Part shown: one piece after another, positions 26,928 to 37,685 of the stretch
Numbering within the stretch: the stretch's first letter is position 1
Layout of the letters: each line of letters starts with the position of its first letter
NCBI GenBank assembly: GCA_965219445.1
Contig: CBDCNQ010000005.1
Coordinates: 64,001 to 128,000, forward strand
Length of the DNA stretch: 64,000 nucleotides
Direction: 5' to 3'
Origin: Longimicrobiales bacterium
GTDB taxonomy: Bacteria > Gemmatimonadota > Gemmatimonadetes > Longimicrobiales > Gaopeijiaceae
Program-made: the position numbers and the translations under genes
Notes under the pieces: generated by a model
The model's database searches: none
What the model saw: the letters and a program-made list of their open reading frames with translations, nothing else
Told to the model about the DNA's origin: nothing

Positions 26928-28692
26928 TCAGGAGGCGCCGATGGGGAGCTTGATGGATCCGGGCTTAATGAGGTTGATCGGTCCAGGCTCACCGAACAGA
27001 TAACCCTGGACAATGTGAATCCCAATCTGCTCCACGACTGCGAGCTCCTCCTCCGTCTCGATTCCTTCGGCCACGATTCCTTGGGGGGCGTATTGCCTCA
27101 GCCCCTGCACAACGTGGTTCAGGAATTTCCGAAACTCCTCTCAGGCCACGGCCTGTAGGATGGTGAGCCGGTCCAGCTTGATGTACTCCGGTTCCAAGTC
27201 GGCTAGGAACGGAAGGGAGATGAAACCCACACCGAAGTCATCAAATGCGAATCTATATCCGTCTGCTCTCCATTCCTGGGTCACGGCGAGATGGTGCTCT
27301 ATATCGATCAGGGCCTCCTTCTCCGAAATCTCCAGGATGACGTCGACATCTGAGGGCTTCTCTCGGTGCCCGATGGACTCCAAGAGCTTGAAGTCCACGT
27401 TTATGAACACGCGATCCAGCCCGTGGATTTCGGCTGCCTCGATCTGCTTTCGGAAGCAGATTTCCTTCAGGTCGGCGAGTTTGCCGATCGAGTGATACTT
27501 CATGAAGAGTTCCTGGATACACATCTCATCGTGTGAAGACCGGCTCAGGGCCTCATGTCCGATCACCCGCGCCGACACGGTGTCCACGATCGGCTGAAAG
27601 ACAACATCGACCACGGCATCGTCCAACTCGTATTCCTCTTCCCCGATATGGATCTTGTCGCCCCTCTTCTTCGCGATGTACAGGGCTCGGTCCGCGAGGC
27701 GGATGAGATGGTTGGAGTCTTCCCCATGTTCGGGGAACGAGGCGACGCCGATGCTCAAATCGAGTGGAAACCGCTTCTCTCTTCCCAGGGCCACAATCTG
27801 CTTCCGGATCCGCTCTCCCGCGTCCATGATGCCCTGTCGATCGGCGACGAGGAGAATTACGACGAACTCGTCTCCTCCCCATCGGAAGACGAAGTCAATC
27901 TCCCGGGTCGCGTCCTGTATGGCCTCACCGGCAGCCTTGAGGATCTCGTCGCCGAATTGGTGGCTGCGCGTATCGTTGACCTTCTTGAAATTGTCCAAAT
28001 CGCAAAGGAGGAGTGCGAAGCGATGCTCTTGGGCGAGCCGCTCTGGAGATTTCCTCCTCGATGCGTTTGTTGAAATATCTTCGGTTGTACAGGTTGGTGA
28101 GGGGATCCCGTACCGAGAGGTCCCTCAGGGCCTGCTCGGCGACCTTGCGTTCGGTGATGTCCCGGAAGATTCCCACCCCGCCCACTTGATCTCCCGCTTC
28201 GTTTCTGAGCGGTGAGAAGTGGGTCTCGAAGAATACAGGCCTGTCTCCGTCTTCCAGCGAATAACTGCTCTCTTTGGCAATCGTGGTGTCTTCGGTCAGG
28301 GCTTCCCGCAGTGCGTCGTGGTCCCCCGTTTCCTCCAGTCGAGGAAAGACGTCTAACAGTTGGCGATCGACTGCATCTTTCGTAGCAACCCCGGTTATCA
28401 ACTCCATTCCGGGGTTCCAAACAGTGATGTTGAACGCCACGTCACAGGAGAAGATGCTGTCGATGCTACTCGTGATGACTCGCTCGAACGCCGCGCGCAT
28501 GTCCGAATTCGCCTCAAGTAACTCCTTCGACATCAGTTCCAGGGAGCTCTCCATGATGGCTCGGTCGTCGTCGAACTGCTCATACGCGTCACTGACGAGA
28601 CCGAGCAGCACCCGCTCTTCGTCAGGCAGCGCTTGGGGGTCCTCGAGGGAACGGCGAAGCTGACGGACGAGAAGCCGGTGTAGGTTCTCCAC
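26928..28692 (-). pseudogene. PAS-GGDEF-EAL diguanylate cyclase/phosphodiesterase, disrupted twice
   Basis: PAS, DPLTNLYNRR, extra base at ~28032 (restores RAARQEHRFALLLCDLDNFK), RWGGDEF, HEALSR, DDFGVG, IKLDR, in-frame TGA at 27141-27143, then VAEGIE..QGYLF. Confidence 0.88.
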
Positions 28693-28695
28693 TCG

Positions 28696-29841
28696 CTAGC
28701 TCTCCGACAGCGTTGTGATCGTCATCGTTTGGTTGTGAAGCTGACAAGGGGCTCCCTGGACGAACGGCGAGATTTCGCCGTAGGAGTAGAAGCCGATGAG
28801 TGGAGTGGAATCCCCCAGCACGTCGCGGACCCCTTCTACCTCTTCCTCAATGCGCTGATTGAGAACCAGCTTGCGTCCAACGCAACTGATCAGGATCGCC
28901 AACTCGGATGGCTGCTCGCCCATCGCAGCTCGGCTGAGGGTTGCCGCACCCATCGATCCATCCACCAGCCGATCGAAGTTGGCCTTCATGAGGCGAGCGT
29001 AAGCGCCTTCAGGGACGTTCCCGGCGAAGGTCAGGCTGCTCTCCTGCTCGTCGATCGAGATAATGGTCCGTACGACGCCGGTCTCGCCCTCTTTGGTCCG
29101 GAGGGACAGCGGAAAGAGCAATCCGGTCGCCGGAAGCCCATCCGCGTGCTCGCCGAGATATTCTTTGTAAAGATCCAAGGCCGACCTACCGTCCAATTCG
29201 TAAAGCACATTCGCGGTGGAACGCGTGATTCTCCGCTCTGGACCAAAGGGATCCCATCCGCCGAGTGATCCGAACCCCACCTTGAGGTGTTCTCCGTAAA
29301 ACCCGACCGCGCCGACGGTGCCCGACTCAGGTGACCCGTCCGAAACGACGAGTGTTTCCCGGAAACGCTCTCCGTCCCCCGATAGGCCGCCCGTGACGGT
29401 GACGTCCGTGGGCAGGGCGCTCTCGAGTCCATCCACCAGCCTGGTTCCGTTTACCCGCAGACCATCCGACAGAACGAGTAGATGTCGTAAACCCTCCTGG
29501 GGTAGGGACCGAGCCAGCTCCACGCCTACCTGAAAGCTGCCTCCCTGCCCGTTGACCGACACGGACGCGCACTGGATTTCGGAGGACCCGAACTCTATGG
29601 CGGTCGAGACCGCACTGTCATCGAGGACCTGGGTTCCGAGAATCTCGCCGGCAGTCGAGCAGCCGAACACGTGTGCCTCGGGGTGGCTTGCTTTCATCTC
29701 GTCCAGCGCAGGCGTCGCCTTCAGAGCAGAAGCGGAACCGAACACGAGAACGAGTTGCGCACTTATCCCGGAGTCGCCCTCGGGGGACTCCGCCCAGCCC
29801 GTGGTCCGAGTCCAGATACGTTGCTCGATCTTCATACCCAT
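28696..29841 (-). CDS. FIST signal transduction protein
   Basis: GCSTAGEI, LSDGL, GGLSGDG, YELDG, SCVGRK, GFYSYGEI, LHNQTMT. Confidence 0.92.
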   Translation of the reverse strand: MGMKIEQRIWTRTTGWAESPEGDSGISAQLVLVFGSASALKATPALDEMKASHPEAHVFGCSTAGEILGTQVLDDSAVSTAIEFGSSEIQCASVSVNGQGGSFQVGVELARSLPQEGLRHLLVLSDGLRVNGTRLVDGLESALPTDVTVTGGLSGDGERFRETLVVSDGSPESGTVGAVGFYGEHLKVGFGSLGGWDPFGPERRITRSTANVLYELDGRSALDLYKEYLGEHADGLPATGLLFPLSLRTKEGETGVVRTIISIDEQESSLTFAGNVPEGAYARLMKANFDRLVDGSMGAATLSRAAMGEQPSELAILISCVGRKLVLNQRIEEEVEGVRDVLGDSTPLIGFYSYGEISPFVQGAPCQLHNQTMTITTLSES

Positions 29842-29986
29842 ACCTCAAGCTTCTGGCGGGATCTCAATCAGACCGATCCTGGAGATCTCGGGTCTGGGGG
29901 TCCATCGGAACCGGCCCTCGCAGCGAACGAATTCCATCCATTCTTCAAAGGTGGATACGCCGCTTCGGAGAATGCAAGAACGATTC

Positions 29987-30241
29987 TCACAACTCCGAAT
30001 CGGGGGGCGGGAGTGTGTCGCGGCCGGGCGGGGGTTCGAGAAGATCCTTGTAGAAATCGCGTTCCTCCTCGAGTCGTTCCATACGGGTGCTCAAATCGGC
30101 GATGGTGTCGCGGACGCGGTGGAGTTCCTCGGCGTCCAGTTGGAAGGACTCGCGGGGGAGCGGAGCCCGTCGTCGCACGGCAAAGATCCGGCCGACAGTG
30201 GAAATCAACACCAGAGCGATGATGAACTCGAAAACGCCCAT
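29987..30241 (-). CDS. Small membrane-anchored coiled-coil protein
   Basis: One N-terminal TM helix followed by RMERLEEERDFYKDLL. Confidence 0.7.
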   Translation of the reverse strand: MGVFEFIIALVLISTVGRIFAVRRRAPLPRESFQLDAEELHRVRDTIADLSTRMERLEEERDFYKDLLEPPPGRDTLPPPDSEL

Positions 30242-30367
30242 TCCGGGGACCCTCGTGGCGATCCATGGTTACTGCACACGCGGGGTGCCTTCGACCTTTG
30301 CGATGCGCTATCGTCGAAACGCCTGTAAAGTAAGGGAATGGTGGATGACCGTTCGACCGGGGAGCTG

Positions 30368-30886
30368 ATGATTGTGGCCAGATTCGCTTTCGCTGTGTTA
30401 ACCATTGGTGCGTTGATTGCCCCCATCTCTGCGGATGGCCAGTTGGTGGCGGGGGTGTTCGGAGCCCGGGCTCGAGACAGTTTCGGGGGGACCAACGGAT
30501 TCGGGGCCGAGGCGGGCGTGAGCCTGCCGCTGGTTCCGATCGAGGTGTTCGTTGCCGGGACGCTGTTTCGTCCCGAATGCAGCGGATGTGATTTCGAGGG
30601 TTGGTCGGTGGGCGCGAATCTCGGGATCTTCCCCCTTCCGGTGCTGCGGCCCTATCTCACGTTCGGGCGCACGTGGCGTGATCTAGAGGACCGGAGTACT
30701 GCACTGATCTTGGATGACGACGGTTTCTTCACCGGTGCCGGGCTCGAGTTCGCTCTCCCCGGCTTCGGTCTCTTTGCTGAGGGTCGGTATGAGTTCTTGT
30801 CGGAAGATCCGGGCCAGAGCCAGGATGTCAGGCAGTGGACTCTGCGGGCCGGCTTGATGATGCGCTGGGGTGGCGTCCCCCTGTAG
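30368..30886 (+). CDS. Small outer-membrane beta-barrel protein
   Basis: Signal peptide, RPYLTFG, GAGLEF, LFAEGRY, alternating strands. Confidence 0.72.
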   Translation: MIVARFAFAVLTIGALIAPISADGQLVAGVFGARARDSFGGTNGFGAEAGVSLPLVPIEVFVAGTLFRPECSGCDFEGWSVGANLGIFPLPVLRPYLTFGRTWRDLEDRSTALILDDDGFFTGAGLEFALPGFGLFAEGRYEFLSEDPGQSQDVRQWTLRAGLMMRWGGVPL

Positions 30887-30908
30887 GCTCTTCGCGGCCT
30901 TGGCTGGA

Positions 30909-31892
30909 TTAGCCGGCCGAGATCGCCTGGACGATCCTGGGTCCGTGAAGCTTGCCGTTTTCTATGAAAATCTTGTTCGCGTTATTGCCCGCCGCCAGGA
31001 CTCCAGCGATGTACATACCGGGCACGTTGGTCTCCATGGTATCAGGGGAATGCGAGGGAATGCCGGTCTCATCATCGATGCTGATACCGAGTCCCGAGAT
31101 GAATCCGCGGTCCGGCCGCCAGCCCGTCATGGCGAGCACCCAATCGTTCGGGATCTCCACCGTCTGCTCCGAGTCCATGTTCTGGAGTATGACGCTGGTG
31201 AGACGGATCTCCTGGACCCGATGGCGCCAAAAGACCTCGATCTCGCCGTTCTCCAACCGGTTTTGGATGTCGGGGACCACCCAGGGCTTCACGCCCCGGT
31301 CGATCTCATCGAAGATGTGGACCATGGTTACCCTGGCACCGGCCCGGTAGGTCTCCAGGGCCGACTCCACCGCGGAGTTTCCGGCTCCTACGACCAGTAC
31401 GTCCTGGTCGTAGAACGGATACGGCTCTTTGTAGTAGTGCTTCACCTTGGGGAGTTCTTCTCCGGGCACGTGGAGATAGTTCGGCTCATGGAATCCCCCC
31501 GTCGCCACCACGACCGCTTTGGCCCGAACCGTGCCCTCCCCTCCCGACTTCGCTCTGGTTTGTAGCAGAAAGTCCCCTCGTTGGCCCTCGATCGACGTGA
31601 CTTCCTCGTATTGCCGAACGTCCAGGTCGTAGTGCTGGACCACCCGCCGGTAGTAACTGAGCGCCTCTCGCCGGCTCGGCTTGCTGTCGGCGATCGTGAA
31701 GGGGACGCCCGCGATTTCCAGCTTCCGCGCCGTACTGAAAAACGTCAGGTAATAAGGGTAATTCACCAAGGAATTGGTGACGCATCCCCTGTCGTAGAGG
31801 ATGGTTCGGAGTCCGGCGGTGGCCGCGGCCGCTCCCACGGCGATCCCGCAGGGTCCGGCTCCGACCACGGCCAGGTCTATCGAGTCGCTCAT
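30909..31892 (-). CDS. ypdA: YpdA-family putative bacillithiol disulfide reductase
   Basis: VGAGPCG, TFFST, KPSRREALSYY, GNSAVE, VKPWV, IFIENG. Confidence 0.88.
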   Translation of the reverse strand: MSDSIDLAVVGAGPCGIAVGAAAATAGLRTILYDRGCVTNSLVNYPYYLTFFSTARKLEIAGVPFTIADSKPSRREALSYYRRVVQHYDLDVRQYEEVTSIEGQRGDFLLQTRAKSGGEGTVRAKAVVVATGGFHEPNYLHVPGEELPKVKHYYKEPYPFYDQDVLVVGAGNSAVESALETYRAGARVTMVHIFDEIDRGVKPWVVPDIQNRLENGEIEVFWRHRVQEIRLTSVILQNMDSEQTVEIPNDWVLAMTGWRPDRGFISGLGISIDDETGIPSHSPDTMETNVPGMYIAGVLAAGNNANKIFIENGKLHGPRIVQAISAG

Positions 31893-32010
31893 TGCAGTCC
31901 ACGTCATGTGCGTTTGGGATCGTCCAAGCTACCGACACGAACCTCTGTCCCCAAGGGCGTGGGTCAGGCATCTTGGACAAGCGCTGTTCGTTCCCCCGAT
32001 CGGAGATGGG

Positions 32011-33060
32011 ATGGTGAAATCCACCCGTTTAGCTTTGGCCGGCGCGCTCCTCTTCTCTGTGTCGGCCTGCGGATTATCCGAGATGATTGGGCGTGAGTCT
32101 CGGTCCAGTCGGGTTCAGAGACTTCTCAGCTCACTCGCCGCGGATTCGATGACGGGAAGGGCCATGGGAACCCTCGGGTCGGCGATGGCCGCCCGAGTGA
32201 TCGCCGCGGAACTCGATGACGCGGGAGTGACTCCGGCGGGGACGTCAGGGTACGTCCAGGAAATCGCCGCCGCGCGCGTGAGGCTGCCCGACGGTAGTGG
32301 GTCTCGTGTCGTCATGGCGGAGGCCGCGGAAGGCCTCCCCGATTCAGCGACGGAGCTCATCTCAGACCGCAATCTCGTTGGGATCGTCCGTGGCTCGGAT
32401 CCTACCGTGGCCGACGAGGTGATCGTCGTCGGCGCCCACTTCGATCATATTGGTGTGGGACGTTCGGTGAACGGGGATTCCATTTACAACGGCGCCGATG
32501 ACGATGCGTCCGGCGTGGTGGCCGTTTTGGAGGTGGCGCGCGACCTCGCCTCAGGAACGCCCCCCAGGAGATCCGTGGTCTTTGCTCTGTTTACCGGTGA
32601 GGAGGAAGGCGGGCTGGGAAGCCGATGGTATCTGGACAACCCGGCGGTGCCTCTCGATCAGACCGTCGCTCAGCTCCAGGTCGAGATGATCGGGCGTCCG
32701 GATAGTCTGGCCGGTGGTCCCGGCATGTTGTGGGCTACCGGTTACGAGCGCTCCACGGTCGGAGCGATTCTCTCCTCCGTAGGGGTCCCAGTTGTGGCAG
32801 ATCCGTATCCGGACCAGAACTTTTTCTTCCGGAGCGACAACGTGCGGTTCGCATACCGGGGGATTCCGGCGCACACACTGTCTTCATACAACTTGCACAC
32901 GGACTACCATCGCCCCTCTGACGAAGTCGGGGGCGTGGATTTCGAGCATCTGGTGGCGGCTGTCGAAACGGTGATCATGGCAGTCCGGGCCCTGGCCGAA
33001 GCGCCCAGTTCGCCCGCCTGGAATGAAGGAGGGCGGCCGGAGCAGCGACCCGGTGCGTGA
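32011..33060 (+). CDS. M28 family metallopeptidase, lipoprotein
   Basis: VSAC lipobox, GAHFDH, NGADDDASG, GEEEG, RSDN, DYHRPSD. Confidence 0.9.
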   Translation: MVKSTRLALAGALLFSVSACGLSEMIGRESRSSRVQRLLSSLAADSMTGRAMGTLGSAMAARVIAAELDDAGVTPAGTSGYVQEIAAARVRLPDGSGSRVVMAEAAEGLPDSATELISDRNLVGIVRGSDPTVADEVIVVGAHFDHIGVGRSVNGDSIYNGADDDASGVVAVLEVARDLASGTPPRRSVVFALFTGEEEGGLGSRWYLDNPAVPLDQTVAQLQVEMIGRPDSLAGGPGMLWATGYERSTVGAILSSVGVPVVADPYPDQNFFFRSDNVRFAYRGIPAHTLSSYNLHTDYHRPSDEVGGVDFEHLVAAVETVIMAVRALAEAPSSPAWNEGGRPEQRPGA

Positions 33061-33072
33061 GGAGGCCTCGCC

Positions 33073-34821
33073 TTGAAGCGTCGCACCTTCATACGAACCG
33101 GTAGCCTGATCGGGGCGACCGGAGCGGCCGGAGCGCTAGGGCTCGGATTCGCCCGGGAGCGAGCGGGTCGGGGCGTCGCCCCCGGCACCGGATCTGGCAC
33201 GGATTCGCGGATGGGCTCCGGCGCCGAGCCGGACCTCGTGCTCCGCCGCGCCACGGTGTTCGACGGCTTGGGTGCGCCGGGGCTGGAGATGGACGTTGCC
33301 GTCACTGGTGATCGTATCACCGAAGTGGGAAGGATCACGGCGACCGGGTCCGAGGAGATCGACCTGGCGGGAATGGCCCTATCACCTGGGTTCATCGATA
33401 TCCACTCCCATGCCGATCTCTCGCTGCTGGTCAACCCGAACGCGGAGAGCCGCGTCCGCCAAGGGGTCACGTTGGAGATCGTGGGCCAGGACGGAAACTC
33501 GGTCGGTCCGATGTCCGACGCGGGGTTCCGAGGCACACGCGATCGATACCGGGACTCGTACGGAGTCGACATCGACTTCCGGGATCTAGGCGGGTTCCTG
33601 GATCAGCTGGACCGCTCTCCCGCGACCGTGAACCTGGCCACGATGATCGGCCATGGAACCATCCGTGGACTGGTGGTCGGGGGCGCGGATCGACCCGCAA
33701 CGGAAGATGAGATTCGGCGCATGCGCGCGCTGATAGGGGATGCCCTCGATCAGGGAGCGGTGGGACTTACGTCGGGTCTCGAATACACCCCCGGGTCCTT
33801 TGCCGATGTAAGCGAACTCGTCGAGCTCGCCACGGAGCTCCGGGGTACCGGCTATCCCTATGCCTCTCACATGCGAAACGAGGACGACGGCGTTTTCGCG
33901 GCGGTGGAAGAGACCCTCCACGTTGGCCGGATGGCGGGCGTACCCGTTCAGGTATCGCACCTCAAGGCCCAGGGCGAGCGAAATTGGTGGAAGGCGAAAG
34001 CTATTCTTCGGTCCCTTGAGGACGCTCGCGCCGCTGGCCTCGATGTACACTTCGATCGATACCCCTACGTCGCCTACGCCACTGGTCTGTCCAATCTCTT
34101 CCCCGCCTGGGCGCGGGCGGGAGGGAGCGGTGCGTTTATCCGCCGTCTGGAAGATCCTGACCAACTTCCGGCGATCGAACGCCTCGCCAGGGCGAAAGTG
34201 GCCCTCTTGGGCTCATGGGATGCGGTACAGATCAGCTCCACACGGACGGCCCGCAATGCGTACGCGAGGGGCCGCCGTCTGGGGGAGTTGGCCCAGGAGA
34301 GGGGTGAGGATCCATTCTCGCTCACCGTCCGGTTGCTCATTGAGGAGCGGAATAGCGTGGGGATGATCGGATTCGGGATGTCGGAAGAGAACACGGCTGA
34401 GATCCTGGCTCATCCGCTTGGGATGGTATGCTCCGATGGTGGTTCCTATGCTCCGTATGGGGCCCTCTCGGGGGGCTCTCCCCACCCGCGCGGTTACGGG
34501 ACATTTCCACGTCTGATGGGGCACTACGTGCGATCCGGAGCACTGTCCTTGGAGCTTGCCGTGCACAAGGCGACGGCCATGCCGGCGCGGAAGATCGGCC
34601 TGACCGACCGGGGGGTGATCGAGCCCGGAGCGTTTGCCGATCTCGTGGCGTTCGACCCCGCCACCGTGGCCGATCAGGCCACCTTCGAGGATCCCCATCA
34701 ATATCCGGTTGGCATCCCCCTCGTCGTGGTGAACGGCCAGGTGACCTTGAGAGACGGTGAGCAGACCGGCGCGCGAGCCGGACGCGCCATACGGGGCCGG
34801 GGTCGGGGAGCCGCCGGGTAG
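33073..34821 (+). CDS. Tat-exported N-acyl-D-amino-acid deacylase (amidohydrolase)
   Basis: KRRTFI twin-arginine signal, PGFIDIHSH, SHMRNE, SHLK, SDG, PHPRGYGTFPR. Confidence 0.9.
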   Translation: MKRRTFIRTGSLIGATGAAGALGLGFARERAGRGVAPGTGSGTDSRMGSGAEPDLVLRRATVFDGLGAPGLEMDVAVTGDRITEVGRITATGSEEIDLAGMALSPGFIDIHSHADLSLLVNPNAESRVRQGVTLEIVGQDGNSVGPMSDAGFRGTRDRYRDSYGVDIDFRDLGGFLDQLDRSPATVNLATMIGHGTIRGLVVGGADRPATEDEIRRMRALIGDALDQGAVGLTSGLEYTPGSFADVSELVELATELRGTGYPYASHMRNEDDGVFAAVEETLHVGRMAGVPVQVSHLKAQGERNWWKAKAILRSLEDARAAGLDVHFDRYPYVAYATGLSNLFPAWARAGGSGAFIRRLEDPDQLPAIERLARAKVALLGSWDAVQISSTRTARNAYARGRRLGELAQERGEDPFSLTVRLLIEERNSVGMIGFGMSEENTAEILAHPLGMVCSDGGSYAPYGALSGGSPHPRGYGTFPRLMGHYVRSGALSLELAVHKATAMPARKIGLTDRGVIEPGAFADLVAFDPATVADQATFEDPHQYPVGIPLVVVNGQVTLRDGEQTGARAGRAIRGRGRGAAG

Positions 34822-34831
34822 GCCGAAGATC

Positions 34832-35974
34832 GTGTCCGACGCCTTTACCAGCCTGGCACACGCCCTGGGCATGGTCTTTCAAGAGAGCCCCGGCGAGCCC
34901 TGGTCGGACGATGTGTTCGAGTCGTGGGCACGAAGGGTTTTCGCCTACCAGTTCGAGACCAATCCCGTGTACGCTGCATATGTCCGCAAGCGGGGCGTTA
35001 CGCCGTCCACAGTGGCCCACTGGAGCGAGGTTCCATGGGTTCCCGCCTCGGCATTCAAGGCGGTTCCGTTGGTTTCGGGAGATTCCTCACGGGTACAGCG
35101 CGTGTTCCGGACGAGTGGAACGATGGGCCCCGGGCAAGGAGAGCACCACGTCCTCGACCTCGATTTGTACAAGCACTCTCTGGTTCCGAACATGAGACAC
35201 CACCTGTATGCAGATGGGACAGTTGGCGACGCTGCAACTGGCGACGGTGCAGCGATTCCCCTCTTGGCCCTCGCACCCGCTCCTGCTCACGCGCCCGAGT
35301 CTTCGTTGGGCTACATGTTGGGTGTCGCGCTCGACGTGCTCTCCGGGGGGGAGGGCGGTTTCTTCGTCACTCGGGACGGCGTGATCGACACTGCGGGGCT
35401 GAGTGCAGCGTTGGTGGGGGCCACCGCCCGAGGGGCTCCGATCCTTCTCGCGGGGACGGCCTTCGCATTCGTCCACTGGCTCGACTGGTTGAAGGAGCAC
35501 CGCGGCGGATTCAACTTGCCTCCGGGTTCGCTGATCATGGAAACTGGGGGCTTCAAGGGTCGTTCTCGAGTCTTGGAGCGCTCGGAGTTCTACTCGGCCC
35601 TGTCGGAGGGCCACGGTATCCCCTTCGAGGCGATTGTGAACGAATATGGCATGACCGAGCTGTTGTCGCAGTTTTACGATAGCCCGCCCGCGGCGACGTC
35701 TGGCATGGTCCTGGCGGCTCGCCGGCACGTGCCGCCTCCGTGGGTTCGCACGCGCGTGCTCGATCCGAACACGCTCTCGGCACTTCCGATGGGGGAGCCG
35801 GGCTTGCTCTGCCACTACGATCTGGCCAACGCGGGGTCGGTGATGGCGGTTCTCACGGAGGATCTGGGCGTCGCAGTGGACGATGGTTTCCGTGTGCTCG
35901 GCAGGGTCCAGGGTGCGGAGGCCCGTGGCTGCTCCATCGCGATGGACGACCTTCTGTCGGGCGTGCGGGTGTGA
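34832..35974 (+). CDS. LuxE-like acyl-protein synthetase
   Basis: FRTSGT, GTAFAF, METGGFKGR, NEYGMTEL, DLAN, TEDLG, ARGCS. Confidence 0.85.
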   Translation: MSDAFTSLAHALGMVFQESPGEPWSDDVFESWARRVFAYQFETNPVYAAYVRKRGVTPSTVAHWSEVPWVPASAFKAVPLVSGDSSRVQRVFRTSGTMGPGQGEHHVLDLDLYKHSLVPNMRHHLYADGTVGDAATGDGAAIPLLALAPAPAHAPESSLGYMLGVALDVLSGGEGGFFVTRDGVIDTAGLSAALVGATARGAPILLAGTAFAFVHWLDWLKEHRGGFNLPPGSLIMETGGFKGRSRVLERSEFYSALSEGHGIPFEAIVNEYGMTELLSQFYDSPPAATSGMVLAARRHVPPPWVRTRVLDPNTLSALPMGEPGLLCHYDLANAGSVMAVLTEDLGVAVDDGFRVLGRVQGAEARGCSIAMDDLLSGVRV

Positions 35975-37395
35975 GGACGACCTTCGACGCCTGGTGGCTT
36001 CCTCCTTCTTCGAGTGAGTCACCGACGGCCCCTCCAGCGCTCACCTCGGAGACCATCGACCTCTCTGAGAGCGTCACGGCTCGCTATCCGGTTTGGTCCC
36101 CCGATGCTGCAGCGCGGCTCCTCGATACCTTGAGCGACGTGGGTACGCGACTCTCCGATGTGCCGGTTCAAGACCTGGTGACCTGGGTCGGACGGGTGGC
36201 GGACCGGTTCTTGGACTCCTCCGATCCCATTCGCAGCAGAGCGCTCGACTTGCTTGTCCCCACCGCGGGCATTTCGAAGGAGATGGCCTCCGAGGTGCTG
36301 ACCGGTATGGCCCGCGACTGGACCCAGGAACGGCTTACTGAGCTCTTGGAAAGAGAGTTGCGCGACCCCGGCGTGCTGGATGGATTCCGCCGGTTGGACG
36401 GGGACCGGAGGGTCCACGCGAGTGGCCCGCCTCTCACTTTTCATATCGGTGCGGGAACCGTCCCCGGGGTCAGCGTCACCTCGATGGTTCGTGCTCTCCT
36501 CGTGAAATCGGCAGTCCTCCTCAAGCCCGGGTTGAGCGATGTAGTCCTGCCCGTGCTCTTTGCTGAGGCGCTCGCCGAAGAGGCTCCCGAGCTGTCGGAC
36601 GCGATGGCCGTGACATATTGGCCGGGCGGGGCCTCCCCCCTAGAGGATCTCGCGCTTCAGAGGGCAGAGGCGGTGGTGGCGTATGGTGGCGACGAGACCA
36701 TCAAGTCACTCAGGGTACGAACGCCCGTGACGGCACGCTTCATCGCATATCACCACCGTTTGAGCGTCGGCCTGGTGGGGCGTGAGGCCCTCACGTCCGA
36801 GCGCGCGCCTCGCGTCGCCCGAATGGTCGCGCGCGCGGTGTCGATGTTCGATCAGAGGGGTTGTGTCTCTCCGCATGCGATCTATGTGGAGGAGGGGGGA
36901 GCCGTCGATCCTGCGAGGTGGGCCGCCCTGCTGGCTTCAGCTATGGCCGACCTCGAAGTGGAGTTGCCGGGCGGATATCTCACCGCTTCAGAGGCCTCGG
37001 CCGTCCACCAAGCGAGAGGCTCCGCTGAACTCCGCGAAGCCGCTGGGAGGGGCGTCCGCGTCTTCCGGGGAGACGAGAGTTTTTGGACGGTGATTCTCGA
37101 GGACGAAGTGGGCTTCACGCCCTCCTGCCTGAACCGGGTGGTGTCCGTCTTCCCCACGCCCGACCTTTGTGGTGTCACGGGTTCCTTGGGAGTGATCAGG
37201 CGCCATTTACAGACAGTGGCGGTCGAGGGGGCGGAGGATCGCCTAACGACGTTGGCGGAGGCACTTTTTCGGGCTGGCGCCACGCGGGTTACGTCGTTCG
37301 AAAAGGCGCCCTGGCCACCGCCCTGGCGGCGCCACGATGGCGCTTCAGTCTTCGCGGGATTGCTGCGCTGGATCGATCTGGAGGAAATCGGCTAA
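35971..37395 (+). CDS. LuxC-like acyl-CoA/acyl-protein reductase
   Basis: HIGAGTVPG, AYGGDETI, FDQRGCVSPH (catalytic Cys), LQTV, HDG. GTGA overlap with the luxE-like stop. Confidence 0.85.
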   Translation: MRTTFDAWWLPPSSSESPTAPPALTSETIDLSESVTARYPVWSPDAAARLLDTLSDVGTRLSDVPVQDLVTWVGRVADRFLDSSDPIRSRALDLLVPTAGISKEMASEVLTGMARDWTQERLTELLERELRDPGVLDGFRRLDGDRRVHASGPPLTFHIGAGTVPGVSVTSMVRALLVKSAVLLKPGLSDVVLPVLFAEALAEEAPELSDAMAVTYWPGGASPLEDLALQRAEAVVAYGGDETIKSLRVRTPVTARFIAYHHRLSVGLVGREALTSERAPRVARMVARAVSMFDQRGCVSPHAIYVEEGGAVDPARWAALLASAMADLEVELPGGYLTASEASAVHQARGSAELREAAGRGVRVFRGDESFWTVILEDEVGFTPSCLNRVVSVFPTPDLCGVTGSLGVIRRHLQTVAVEGAEDRLTTLAEALFRAGATRVTSFEKAPWPPPWRRHDGASVFAGLLRWIDLEEIG

Positions 37396-37397
37396 CG

Positions 37398-37589
37398 TTA
37401 TTCGACCTCCTGCTCTTCTGCACGCCAGATCACCATCTGCCGGCGGCCGTCGGAGGTCTCTTCGACACGCACGGTGAGAGAGTCCTTGGCATTGAGTCGC
37501 AAGTCGTCTCGCAACCCCTGTGGGATCGTGATCCGCCCACCCACACCGATGGACACATCCGTATAGTAGAGCGTGCGATAGATGGCCAT
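37398..37589 (-). CDS. AbrB/MazE/SpoVT-like small DNA-binding protein
   Basis: AGGAGG RBS; IGVGGRITIPQGLRDDLRL swapped-hairpin motif. Confidence 0.75.
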   Translation of the reverse strand: MAIYRTLYYTDVSIGVGGRITIPQGLRDDLRLNAKDSLTVRVEETSDGRRQMVIWRAEEQEVE

Positions 37590-37685
37590 CTGCCCTCCTG
37601 GAATTTGCACGATAGGAGGCGGAATCTACAGCGATTACCAAGGGCGGCAACCGGGTTGGCTCGATCAGTTCGAGGAGTGGTCCGA

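Noticed and set aside
27141..27143. In-frame TGA in the EAL domain as a second selenocysteine codon
   Set aside because: The position is not a conserved Cys or redox site, I see no convincing SECIS-like hairpin, and the gene is already frameshifted upstream.
34832..37395. Bioluminescence operon
   Set aside because: No luxA, luxB, luxD or luxG in the window; luxE/luxC-like genes also occur in non-luminous bacteria.
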